Origin: Azolla caroliniana | Lineage: Eukaryota; Plantae; Polypodiophyta | DNA: 64,000 nt | Assembly: GCA_043228905.1 (NCBI GenBank) | Contig: JBHGNT010000008.1 | Span: 5,270,001-5,334,000 of the forward strand | Reading direction: 5' to 3' | In this document: positions 52,700 through 64,000 of the stretch, piece by piece | How the letters are laid out: the number at the start of each line of letters is the position of its first letter | Position numbering within the stretch: position 1 is the stretch's first letter | The notes under the pieces: model-generated | What the model was told of the DNA's origin: nothing | Seen by the model: only the letters and a program-made list of their open reading frames with translations | Database searches by the model: none | Program-made: the position numbers and the translations under genes

Positions 52700-53849
52700 T
52701 AAAGATTATTTCTGGAAAAGAAATAGGATAAGGTCAGAGATATAGTCATAACATCATGTTGTGATGTAAACATATCATGGGCAAGCATTAATCGATATCA
52801 TTATCTCACGTCAATACCCCTCTAGACGTATGAGATGAGGTTCAAGATCAGGTTACTATGGTAACACAAAGGTGTTTTAAAAACCATGGGGGTGACAAAT
52901 AAATGTCTTTCCCTGATCTCTATATCGATTTTTTCATGGTGGCTCCCCGAGGCTCAACCATGTATGTTCGCGTCATGAATAGTTTATACACGAAAAAAAA
53001 TGTTAACAATAAACTATGTTTCGGTGCCCACATAAGTGGTTTCGGCTCTTTAAGTCCTATTACGAGGACCCCGAGGTGCACTTAGACCTTAAGTCTAAAC
53101 ATGTGTTATAGTCATATGTATCAAGGATGTTGTATGGTCTTGGTCATATTTGAACTCGAGACCTCGAGAACAAATACATTAAACACTTGAGCCAACCAAG
53201 TAAGTTGCTCTTCTCGAATGCTTAATGTTTGATGCGTATAAGAGATATGCGAGGCAATTGATCATATATGTTTTTTTAAAAGAACATATATGTCAAGGGT
53301 CCTTATTTTGCCCTCATTTACCAAAACTATGTTGGTACATTACCTATCCTCAAGTCTCGTAATTACGATGGCATACGCCAAAGTGCAACCTAATGGTCAA
53401 GCCAAATGAGCCCTCGTTTCGTAGTAGGCTCACGTGGGCCATCACATGGTCACGTCATTACGAATGCCTCTCGTAAGAATGAGCTCATGGTGGCATCGTA
53501 TCCATGTAACGAGGGAGGGATGTTGGATACGTGCGTCATTGGAGCGACCTCACTTGAAGTGGGTCAAGCCCTACGTACTCAACATCATTTTGGCTATTGG
53601 CGTTTCTTTACGTAACGAAATCGAGGTCATCAACGGGGTTATCAACAATAAAAAATTGTTGAAAAAGGGATGGTTACCAACATCCTTTTCCCGACCATGA
53701 CAAGTTTCGACATAATCACGTAATAACGAATATACACATCTGTTTACTTTTCACATATATATGATCAAATACGTATATATGTGACCACATATGCCTATAT
53801 TAAACATATCGTTATATTAAATAGCCACAAATGATGTGATCGAGATACG

Positions 53850-54110
53850 TAATCGAGGTATATACCTCTACGCACACGAAACATCCACAAATAAGAGATC
53901 ATCGTAATACGCAATGGAGGTATTGACCTCTTACGCATACGAGACCAAACGCATATCGTTTACAACAAATCAAGGTATTAAACTCATACGCAAACGTAAC
54001 ATATGTTCGTGAACGTAATACTTAATTGAGGTATTAACCTCGTACGCATACGACACTCATCACATATTATTAATATGTCAAACGAGGTATTGACCTCATG
54101 CACATATGTA
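53850..54110. repeat. ~55-60-bp tandem repeats in the G 5' leader
   Basis: Five copies of a palindromic core GAGGTATT(A/G)ACCTC followed by (A/G)CGCATACG-like sequence. Confidence 0.75.
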
Positions 54111-54392
54111 AACGTTTTAGATAATCAATTAAAGACCACTACAACATCATTGACTTAATGAAAAAAATTACATATAAACTAAACACATGATTAGATGGGA
54201 GAAGAGAGAATAGAAAGAAAAATTATGGAAAGAGTTACCGAAGTTCTTTGTTGATCGTTGTCTGGATCAAGGCCAACCGCACAACGATCGATCAGCATCA
54301 ATCAAAAGACAAATGAAAAACAAAGAAACATTAGTACAAAAATCTGATACCAAATATTATAGATCTCGGTACTAAAGTAAGCTTAAGATAAG

Positions 54393-57300
54393 TGTGAAAG
54401 TGTTTTTAGAATTCAAGGTATTGAAGTCTACAAAAATATAAGGTATGGAGCATTCACACCCGAAGGCCAAGAACACGAGCTAAGGTTTCAAGTATAAGTC
54501 AAATAAAAGCAATAAAGATGGAGAAAAGTAAAAAGAGAAAAAGCAAACCACCAAAACGCAGTCAGAAACAAATGCTCATAACTCTCTCGTTTGACACCCA
54601 AATATCACGTGTAAATATGGGTTAGAAAGTTTATGATGAGAGCTATCCGTAGCTTTTTAAAACTCTAAATTTGGAGCATGGATGAGGGAGATATGACGAT
54701 TAGAAGATCGTTGTGTCATAGCTAAGAATAGGAGATGGAACAGCTCTAAAAAAAGCGTGGAAAAGAAAGCAAGCGAAACTTATCTACTAGAGGAGAACTT
54801 CATATAAAGCAAGAAGAGTGAGGTGGTGAAGAGGAGCTTTTTTCTTGTGATGTTTTTCTTGCCTATTCATGTAGCGCGTTTTTCTAGTGATCAATTCATC
54901 CTTGTAGGCTTGAGTTTATGTATCTTCTTTCTCTTGTTTCTATGATCATCACTCCTTATTAATATATCTTTGTAGATTTGGGTTTCTATATCTTCCTTCT
55001 CTCTCTTTTCTATCATGATCTCTCTTTTCATTTTGGCGCTCCAGGGAGGGTCGATCCTTTCCGTATAACGGGAGGAACGGTTGTCCACTAATTGATGGTT
55101 GTAGATCTACCGATTCATCATCAAACTAATGGCAAGATATGGAGTTCGCGATGCGACAGATCTACGAAGAGAATTTTTCCAATTGCGTATGGTTTCACCA
55201 ATGTGCTACCTCGAGTATAAGAAGATGTTTTTGGATATATGGTCCACTTGGATTGGACTTGTTGGAGGCGTTGAAGATGTATACTTCAAGATGGAAAGAT
55301 TCAAAGCAGGGCTAGATCCATATTTTCAATATGAAGTGCATATGAAGTACCCAAGGTCTTTCCATGATTTGCTTCGAGTATGTCAAAGTTATGATCAACA
55401 ATTGAAGAAGTTGTTATTCGGTGAAGCATATGGAGTATCGGCGTCATATACCATAAATCCAAGCTATAATAATTGTGGATCGGTCATGAGCCAACAACCA
55501 ACATACTTGCAATGTCCGATTCAACAGGTTCCCTCATATCATTATTCTAATTTTTGGAGTTATAATGATGTCTATGAAGGTGATTCCAGAGACAATGAAG
55601 AAGAGGTGATGAATGTGGAGTCCCCCCATCTAGTTCATGAGGACAACCATGATATAAAGAATGATGATGTGAAAGACAAATCTAAGGAGATTGTTATGAG
55701 AAGCGATGTTATGGATGGTGATGCCAATGTACATCATGTTGAGGACATTATTGATACAACAAGCGATATGGTGGTTGATGATGAATATGTGCAAGATGAA
55801 ATGGAAGATATAACAAAAAAAGTTGTTGATGGTGAAGTACCCACAAGGGAGTTGCAAGATGAAGAAGGTAACGTGGAAGTGATAACTGGAGATTGGCTTT
55901 TGGAGATCAATGCATATAAGGAAGCATTGGTAAGTGCCAAGTTGCAGTGTATGAAGGTGTTCGTGCAAGATTTGTGTTTTGGCTTTGCATTGAGTGGCAA
56001 CAAAGTTATGTGGGCATCAACTCTTCAACAACAATTTGATCAAGAGCAAAGAGAATTACTTGTAATGCATGATTGGAGTATCATTAACTTATCACCATCA
56101 AAGGATCCACCACAACTAATCAAATGTATAAAGGAGAAGGAATCATCTATCGACAATGGCAATCAAGAAGAGGAAAGCATAACAATTGATGAATCTTCAT
56201 GGGATAGGGAAAACAAATCATTCCACATGGTGTCTAAGGAGGAAGAAGAAGTCATTGAAGAGAAAAGTATTATCACCCTAAAGGGGAAAAAGAAGATGAT
56301 TTCAAACGATGTCCAAGGAGAAGAGGATCTAAGGTTTATTTCTCTTTTTTTTAAGTTTACAAAGTTATTCATAAATGACTATTCACAGATAAGAGTAGAA
56401 GGCATCAAACACCACATCAAGTTGGAGAATTTGAAGTTTGTCTCACTTATTGTGGTTGTTCCAAAGGAGAAAGACGTCAACTTCCAACCCTTGAATGATT
56501 CAACCAAACGAGATTTATTTTTGCTTCCTTTTCAAGATGAGATTCTAGATGAAATGGTCATACATACAAAACAAGGTAATGTGGAGAATGTGGTGTGCCA
56601 AGAAGAAAGTCATGTTGATGAAGCAAAGATCGACGTAATTCAAAATATGACAATTCTGACAAGTCTCGAAGCTTTGAAGATATTTGTACAAAAGGTTCGC
56701 TCGCTCGAAAGACTTATTCATATGTTAACATGCTTACTTCTATCAAGAGTTATGTATCACATAGACCTACTTCTGTTTGGAAAGTTGATGAAGATATACT
56801 AATTGTTGTAACCTCTTTCTTTGTGTTGACAAGGAGAAAGATGGTGATGGCAATTGTCAATGTGTATGTGTGTGTGTTTAGAAGTGTGAGGTTTTTCCTA
56901 TCGACTAGCGGGGGTTTTACTCACATAGTTTGTTTCTTTTCTATTTATTTTCTCCTTCTTTGTCTATAGCCATGAATAAGGCGAAGGAGAACCTTTAGTT
57001 TTATTAGTATCTTAGGGTTCACCATAAATGGTTCACCAAAAAGCAAGGGGGAGGGCTAAATGTGAAAGTGTTTTTAGAATTCAAGGTATTGAAGTCTACA
57101 AAAATATAAGGTATGGAGCATTCACACCCGAAGGCCAAGAACACGAGCTAAGGTTTCAAGTATAAGTCAAATAAAAGCAATAAAGATGGAGAAAAGTAAA
57201 AAGAGAAAAAGCAAACCACCAAAACGCAGTCAGAAACAAATGCTCATAACTCTCTCGTTTGACACCCAAATATCACGTGTAAATATGGGTTAGAAAGTTT

Positions 57301-57698
57301 ATGACGAGAGCTATCCGTAGCTTTTTAAAACTCTAAATTTGGAGCATGGATGAGGGAGATATGACGATTAGAAGATCGTTGTGTCATAGCTAAGAATAGG
57401 AGATGGAACAGCTCTAAAAAAAGCGTGGAAAAGAAAGCAAGCGAAACTTATCTACTAGAGGAGAACTTCATATAAAGCAAGAAGAGTGAGGTGGTGAAGA
57501 GGAGCTTTTTTCTTGTGATGTTTTTCTTGCCTATTCATGTAGCGCGTTTTTCTAGTGATCAATTCATCCTTGTAGGCTTGAGTTTATGTATCTTCTTTCT
57601 CTTGTTTCTATGATCATCACTCCTTATTAATATATCTTTGTAGATTTGGGTTTCTATATCTTCCTTCTCTCTCTTTTCTATCATGATCTCTCTTTTCA
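54393..57698 (+). mobile_element. Young non-autonomous LTR element H (TR-GAG-like, 3.3 kb)
   Basis: 638-bp LTRs 54393-55030 and 57061-57698 with only one difference seen by eye; TSD ATAAG; PBS TGGCGCTCCAGGGAGGG; PPT AAGGGGGAGGG. Confidence 0.96.
55129..56802 (+). CDS. 557-aa gag-like protein with an acidic middle and in-frame RT fragments
   Basis: Uninterrupted ORF. N-terminal gag signature (LRM..YLEYKKMF..RFKAGLDP); C-terminal RT scraps (HHIKLE, VSLIVVVPKE, FQPLNDSTKRDLFLLPFQDEILD, VDEAKIDVIQNM) with no YxDD. Confidence 0.75.
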   Translation: MARYGVRDATDLRREFFQLRMVSPMCYLEYKKMFLDIWSTWIGLVGGVEDVYFKMERFKAGLDPYFQYEVHMKYPRSFHDLLRVCQSYDQQLKKLLFGEAYGVSASYTINPSYNNCGSVMSQQPTYLQCPIQQVPSYHYSNFWSYNDVYEGDSRDNEEEVMNVESPHLVHEDNHDIKNDDVKDKSKEIVMRSDVMDGDANVHHVEDIIDTTSDMVVDDEYVQDEMEDITKKVVDGEVPTRELQDEEGNVEVITGDWLLEINAYKEALVSAKLQCMKVFVQDLCFGFALSGNKVMWASTLQQQFDQEQRELLVMHDWSIINLSPSKDPPQLIKCIKEKESSIDNGNQEEESITIDESSWDRENKSFHMVSKEEEEVIEEKSIITLKGKKKMISNDVQGEEDLRFISLFFKFTKLFINDYSQIRVEGIKHHIKLENLKFVSLIVVVPKEKDVNFQPLNDSTKRDLFLLPFQDEILDEMVIHTKQGNVENVVCQEESHVDEAKIDVIQNMTILTSLEALKIFVQKVRSLERLIHMLTCLLLSRVMYHIDLLLFGKLMKIY

Positions 57699-58511
57699 AT
57701 AAGGATAAAGAATTGAAAGATAGAAAGGAGAAAGAGAAAGAAGGGTGCCGATCCACCCGACCACCCCCGAGCGAAGGGATCAAGACGGACTCGAGCCTCG
57801 ATCGGCGTCCCATACCACCGCCGTGGCGTCGAGTCGTACCTGGTGCTGGCGCGCTCGCTACAAGAGTTGACCCACCACACGAGCAGAGTCTCGATGTAGT
57901 CAAAAGATGATCAAATGAGGGTAGCTAGGCCTCTTATTTATAGCGATACCCAAGGCCCCCAGGCAAGTTCACACTTGACCTAATGGGTTGTCTCAATCCC
58001 GAGGATTAAAAGTAATCCTCCCCTTCTTTACACTCTCATTTAACCCTCACACTTATCCACGTGTATAGAATACTACGGTAAATTCTTACCACGGGATATT
58101 ATATGGTCATGCCCGTAACAAAAATGGACAGAGGAATGGCTGGTGCTCTTCCAACCATAGAATGAACCATACGTATCATACATGCATTCACATTCGAGAA
58201 TGATTCAATTTACACATGCATGGTAAATCATCTCAAAGTTGGATTGGATTAACTATGGTCTATATTATATATTGATTCACTCTCAATCCCAATAAATGGA
58301 CTCTAATCCATTGTGAACCACCAACATAAGTATGGTTGCAATATTTTCATTGTATCACATGCATACTTTTGGGATGCTTCTTAAGAATCAAGACATCTCT
58401 ATCATCCTCACTTTAGAACTTTACAAAAAAATGAGTATGAACTATAGAGATTGAATCAAAATATGCAATTATAAATTATAATCAAACGTTCAAAAACTCA
58501 TAAAATGTATA

Positions 58512-59154
58512 TGAAAGAGAGATGATAGAAAGAAGAGAGAAGGAAGATATATATATCCAAAACCACAAAGATCTATTGATAATGAATAATCATGATGGAA
58601 GGAAGAGAGAAAGAAGATACATAAATCCAAGTCTACAAAGATATATGGATAACAAACAACACAACCACACTACATGAATAAGCAAGAAAAACACCACAAC
58701 AAGTAGACTCCTCCCTCCCTACCTTACTCTTCTTGCTTTATATAAAGTTCTCTTCCACTAGATAAGTCTCCCTTGCTTTCTTTTTTATGCTTTTTTTAGA
58801 GTTTTTCATCGAGTCCTATTCTTATCTATGACACAACAATCTTCAAATCGTCATATCTCCCTCATCCAAGCTCCAAATTTAGAGCTTTAAAAAGCTATGG
58901 ATAACTCTCTTCATAAAATTTTAACCCATATTTGCACATTATATTTGGCTTCCAATCGAATGATTTATGAGCGTTGTTGTAGACTGTGTTTTGGTGGCTT
59001 GCTTTTTTCTTCTTTTACTTTTCTCCACGTGTCTTGCTTTTAGTTTGACTTATCCTCAAGACCTTTGTTCATGTTCTTGCCCTCCGAATGTGAATGCTCC
59101 ATACCTTATATTCTTGTAGTCTTCAATACCTTGAATTCTAAAAACACTTTCACA
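58512..59154 (-). mobile_element. Solo LTR of the H family, inverted and more diverged
   Basis: Reverse-complement homology to the H LTR (..TTGAATTCTAAAAACACTTTCACA); TSD GTATA. Confidence 0.9.
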
Positions 59155-59159
59155 GTATA

Positions 59160-59830
59160 TTCGATAATATGAAGAAAACATGACATAGGCAGTAGTAGCA
59201 TAAAACCTTACCACTAGGGTGAGCTAATTTCTAGTTACAAAGAAAGAAAAAAAGAAAAGAAAAAAGAAACGCTCAAAAACTCATAAAACGTATATTTGAG
59301 AATATGAAGAAAACATGACATAGGCAGTAGTAGCATGACAACTTACCACTAGGGTGACCTAATTTCTAATAAGAAAGAAAGAAAAAGAGAAAAAAACAAA
59401 GGAACATGACACTAACATAAAATTTTGCCATGACATAGGCAGTAGTAGCATAACAACTTACCACAAGGGTGAGCTAATTTCTAATAACAAAGAAAGAAAG
59501 AAAAAGAAGAAAAAGAAGAAAAAGAAGAAAAAGAAACATGACACTAACATAAAAATTTGCCATGACACTAACAAGAGGATATGAGAAAGTTGGGAATTGA
59601 ACCTGAGACACAAGCAATAGTAGCACAACAACTTACCACTAGGTTGTGCTTAGTTCTAATAATAAAAAAAGAAAAGAAAAAAACTATCATAACAATAACA
59701 ATAACATAAAATTTTGCTATCACATGGTACAAATGAGAAAGAGAGATGAGAAAATTGGGAATCAAACCCAAGACATAGACAAGAATAGCATGACTCCTTA
59801 CCACTAGGGTGAGCTGAATTGTATTTGACA
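59160..59830 (-). repeat. Tandem array (~5 units, 120-170 bp) of tRNA-derived-looking units with poly-purine spacers
   Basis: Recurrent GCAGTAGTAGCAT..CTTACCACTAGGGTGAGCT. Units 4-5 also carry B-box complements GGGAATTGAACC and GGGAATCAAACC. Confidence 0.75.
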
Positions 59831-59929
59831 ATAAATGAAAAAAAAGAAAAAAGAGGGCACGTATTTTTACCATTTCAAACGTGTTCGTTTCCAAACGTTT
59901 GAATGCTTGCACGGACACGAATATTACGT

Positions 59930-61740
59930 TCTATGCTTCCAATAGAGAAGTTGGATAGAAGCAACCACACGTCTTGGGAGTACAAGATGCACCAGTACCT
60001 ACTTGGGCATGGCTACTGGAGTTACATCCACGGAGAAAACGAAGTAGCACTAGAACCGGCACACAAGGATTTTTCGGTGTGGGAGCAAGTGGCAAGTAGA
60101 GTTTTGTACTGCCTTGCATCTTGTGTGCATGACCAGATGTTGGGCTACTGTCATGGACACATGAAGCGGGGACTAGGATGAAGCACGGATGACAAGGCTA
60201 CCAGGAACTTAAGAACCTAGGAACGACATAAGAGAATGACGGCAAAGATGAAGAATGAGACAAGATGGAATGAAATGAGAACACTAGATTAATGTGTCAA
60301 TGACTGGTGTTGAATCCCTTGAAAGGGACCAAGGAGGTTACAAGTATTTATATAGTTAGCTGAAGTACATGCATTAGAAGATTCTAGAGAATATTCTAGA
60401 ACCCTCTATAACCTTCAAGTGAATCTAGAACTTTCTAGAGGTATGTGACTAGAAAGTATTTCTACTGATTAAGTACATTATATATAAATACATGCTCATA
60501 TTAAAATGGTCGAGCATGACATCTTGTTGAATGAGATTGCATGTTCAATCCTCATCAAGTATGTATTTTATGTCAGTGTATCGTGACATCTACGTTCGGG
60601 ATGCAAAGACGGTGAAAGACACCTGGGAAAATCAGAAAAAGATTTTTGCCGTGAGTACCACGGCCCGGAAGTTGCAGCTCCATCAAGAGCTCAACAATAT
60701 CCGATAGAGGGATATGTATGACGACGACTGACTACATGACGAAGATCAAGGAAATTTGTGACGCTTTTAGGTCCATCAATGTTACGATGGACGAGGACGA
60801 AATGGTATAGATTTGCTTTGGTGGTCTAGCTCAGAGGTACGGGCCTATCTAAACATCTATTTGCACAAGGGAGAAACCACCATTGTTCGTTGACCTGCAA
60901 TCGATGCTCATGGTCGAAGAAAACCATGCAGGTGCGTCAAGGAGCACGCAATCTAACAGTCAGATGCTCTATACGGAGGTGGATCAGCCCCGTGGCTGTG
61001 GAGGACGAGGTGGATCGACACGCAATGGTGGCGGCCAACAAGAGTAGAATCAGAGGCATAATTGACATGCTAACAGTAGTTCCAGACTCTCCATGAGCAA
61101 GGAAAGTCATGGTAGTGCTAGAAATCGGCAAAGGAAGGTAGAGACGGAATGCTGGTATTGTGGCAAGAAAGACCACAAAGAAAACGAGTGTTGGAAGACG
61201 AAGGTCGATTCAGATAAATCCGGATCGAGCAAAGCCGAACAAGGAAATCGGCAGCGATCGCACTACACCGAAGGCTCAGAAGGAGCTGGAAAGGGCCCTG
61301 CCTTCGTGATGAAGCACAAAGCCAACTTGACGAAGACAAGCACCTCGAAACCGAATGAGGTGTGGTATGTCGATTCCAGAGCGTAAAACCACATGATGAG
61401 CCACGAGGAGTGGTTCTCAAATTAGGAAAAACTGGAACAACCGGTGGTCGTCGAAATTGGTGACAACACCTCACATCCCATCGAGCATTTCAGTGATGTT
61501 CCCCTCAGCCATGTCAGACCAAAAGGGAGATTGATGAATGTCTTGCACGTCCCGACAATCACGAAGAACTTGGTGTCGGCCGGACAGATCGTCGACCAAG
61601 GGATGCACACCTTGGATGCTTCATTGAAGAAGAAGGTCAGATCATCACGCAAGGGCACCGAGAAGGGAGGATGTTCATCCTCAACACAAATGGTGTCGGC
61701 ATTGCAATGTTTACCAAAGGACAAAAAGTAGAATTGGAAA
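59930..61740 (+). pseudogene. copia gag-protease fragment (A family), split by a solo LTR
   Basis: LPIEKLDRSNHTSWEYKMHQYLLG, CWYCGKKDHKENEC, WYVDS and VLHVPTITKNLVSAGQ, collinear with 268-1300. Confidence 0.9.
60149..60588 (-). mobile_element. Solo LTR (Tcn1-like termini)
   Basis: TGTCATGG...CGTGACA, TSD GCTAC/TCTAC, TTCTAGAA repeats as in the F LTR, reverse TATA near 60345. Confidence 0.82.
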
Positions 61741-61784
61741 TAGACTTTTGGACATCTGTACTTTGGAGATCTTTTGGCGTACAA

Positions 61785-64000
61785 AAAGGAATAGGTATGC
61801 ACTTCCCCTAAACCGAGATCTTTTGGACATATGTTGGATCATCTACTTGGATGATCTACTAGTTTATTTAAAGACACAAGAGGAGCATGATTCTCATGTA
61901 CTATTAGTACTAAGACAACTACGAGAACATGCTCTTTATGCAATGCTGGAAAAGTGTAGTTTTGATTGTAACCCGGTGGAATTTCTAGGCTATGTCATCT
62001 CCTCGGAAGGCATATCTATGGATCCAGCTAAAGTCCAAACTATGTTAGAGTGACAAACTGTACGTTTGTTGCGAGATGCGCAATGCTTTTTAGGATTTGC
62101 AAATTTCTATCGCAAGTTTATACAGGACTACTCAAAGCTTATTTTACCACTCACACAACTTACAAAGAAGGGACAATCATTTGTTTGTTCTAAGGAAGCA
62201 GACACGACTTTTGAAGGTCTCAAGAAAGCATTTACATCGGCTCCTGTTCTAGCTCATGTTGATCCACAAAAACCATTTATCATTGAGGTAGACACGTCAG
62301 ATTTCGCCCTCGATAGTATGTTGTCACAGCAGGGGATGATGAGAAGCTACATCCCATGGCTTTGCACTCGCGCAAATTTGACGTCGCCAAAATCAACTAT
62401 GAGATACATGAAAAGGAGCTATTAGCAATAGTGGACTCTTTTGCACAATGGAGGCATTTTTAGAAGGATGTCTGCATCAAGGCACTGCATTTAATGATCA
62501 CAAAAATCTGGCCTACTTCCAGAATTCTCGCGTGTTAAATAGACAACAAGATCGGTGGGCTCAGTTCCTCACTTGTTTCAACTTCAAGATTACATATTGT
62601 CTGGGCAAGCAGAAGGGAAGGAAGATGCATTATCATGACGCTCATATCTAGCTCCTTGTCTTGGTGATCCAGCCTTCGACAATCAAAAGCAAGTAATCCT
62701 GGGTCTAACACGACTTCAAGCAACGTAGGTTTTTGATACTCCATTGGATTCCCGCATTATTGATACCATACGTGAAGATTTGAAGACATATGTTTTTGTT
62801 CAAGCTATTCTAGATCAAATCGATCCCTCTCGAGCATCTTGTTCACGGTGACAACAACCAGGTATGTATTATCAACAATTCAAATGTCATGATGGTTTAC
62901 TCTTCTTTAAGAAACTTTTGTATGTTCCCAATGGTTCTTGTCGCCTTCAAATAGTACAAAATTATCATGACACATACACATCCGAACATTTTGGTAGTAC
63001 TAAAACGTTGGATTTATTACAACGATAATTTTGGTGGCCTTATATGTGAAGATTTGTCGAAGACTATGTTCGGACATGTGATACATGTTGTAGCGTGAAG
63101 ATGCCTCGACATCATCCATATGGTTTGTTGGAGCCATTACTGATCCCAAGCAAACTGTGACAATCTATTTCTCTAGATTTTATCACAAATCTTCCGGATT
63201 CGAAGGACTTCAATGGGATCTTAACATTGGTAGATCAATATACTAAGATGGCACATTTTGTGCCATGTACTAAAGAAATCATTAGTGCCGGAACCACAGG
63301 ATTTGTTATGCGTGAAGTATTTCGGCATCATGGTCTTCTTGATAGTATCATCCGTGATTGTGGACCTCAATTCGTCTCTAAATTTTGGAAGCATGTCTTC
63401 AAAATGCTCAAGGTCACTTGCAATCTCTCCTCCGTCTATCATCCCCAAACAAATGGACAAGCAAAACGTACCAATCAAACGTTGGAACAATATATTCGGT
63501 GTTTCCTAAGCTATCAACAAGATGATTGGGCAGATATTCTACACTTTGTTGAATTTGCTTATAATAATTCTATCCACTCCTCTACTAGGGTTACACCATT
63601 CTACGCTTATACCGACTATCATCCTGGTTGGTGTGTGTTAGAAACTCCTGAGTTATCCACAAATCCTAATGCAGCGGATCATTTGGAGAGGCTACGACGA
63701 ATTGAAGCAGAACGATCTATCCATCTACATCGCACCCAACAAACACATAAGGACTATGAGGATCGTCATCGGCTTCAATCTTCTTTTGATATTGGAGATC
63801 GAGTATGGCTATTACGATGACACATCAAGACTACTCGACCGTGTGAAAAAATGGATTATCGACGGTTAGGGCCTTTCCATATTAACGGAAAATTTAACGA
63901 TGTCACTTTTTGCCTTCATCTACCTCCACAACTACAGATACATCTAATATTTCATAGTTCTCTTCTAGAACTCTATCGGGAAAACAATATCCCAGATCGT
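61785..64000 (+). pseudogene. Tcn1-like pol (RT-RH-INT) fragment of the F family, running off the window
   Basis: YLDDLLVY, FLGFANFYRKF and HPQTNGQ..RTNQTLEQY, collinear with 39380-41580. No LTR or gag upstream. Confidence 0.92.

Larger units (their letters stand above)
47936..58120 (-). mobile_element. Chromovirus G (tRNA-iMet-primed); its 5' LTR is split by element H
   Basis: 3' LTR 47936-48390; 5' LTR 54355-54392 plus 57704-58120; TSD AAAAT; PBS complement TCTGATACCA at 54343-54352; PPT complement TACTCCCCCT at 48391. Confidence 0.96.
47458..58165 (+). mobile_element. Copia remnant (A-related): 5' LTR ending 47838, Met PBS, gag start resuming at 58124; interrupted by element G
   Basis: CATTACA-TGGTATCAGAG; LTR shares CTTGTATAAAAGTGCTCA with the A LTR; MDRGMAGALPT follows the G TSD. 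LTR start uncertain (47432-47458). Confidence 0.72.

Noticed and set aside
59160-59830. CRISPR-like repeat-spacer array
   Set aside because: The context is eukaryotic, the repeats are degenerate, the spacers are low-complexity and related to each other, and there are no cas genes.

Overview
This window is eukaryotic DNA, most likely from a non-seed land plant such as a moss; that is inferred from the retroelement lineages, a plant tRNA-Trp primer site and a KP4-like gene. About 90% is a nest of degenerate LTR retrotransposons. These comprise several Ty1/copia remnants, two non-chromoviral Ty3/gypsy elements with tRNA-Trp PBS and 4-bp TSDs (5365-12420 and 27872-35357), two full Tcn1-like chromoviruses plus a pol fragment, a Met-primed chromovirus (47936-58120), a young single-ORF non-autonomous element (54393-57698) and three solo LTRs. 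MITEs and a LINE scrap are also present. The only clear host gene is an intronless, GC-rich, secreted 10-Cys KP4 killer-toxin-like ORF (45648-46034). Notable signals: (1) tRNA-derived A-box/B-box cassettes in the U3 of five LTR types, always antisense to the element; (2) a covarying slippery site plus H-type pseudoknot predicting a -1 frameshift between protease and RT; (3) Tf1-type self-priming PBS in the Tcn1-like elements; (4) CpG-centred 4-bp target sites; (5) the probably horizontally acquired KP4-like gene. Coordinates were read by eye and may be a few bases off; lineage names are inferences without database searches.
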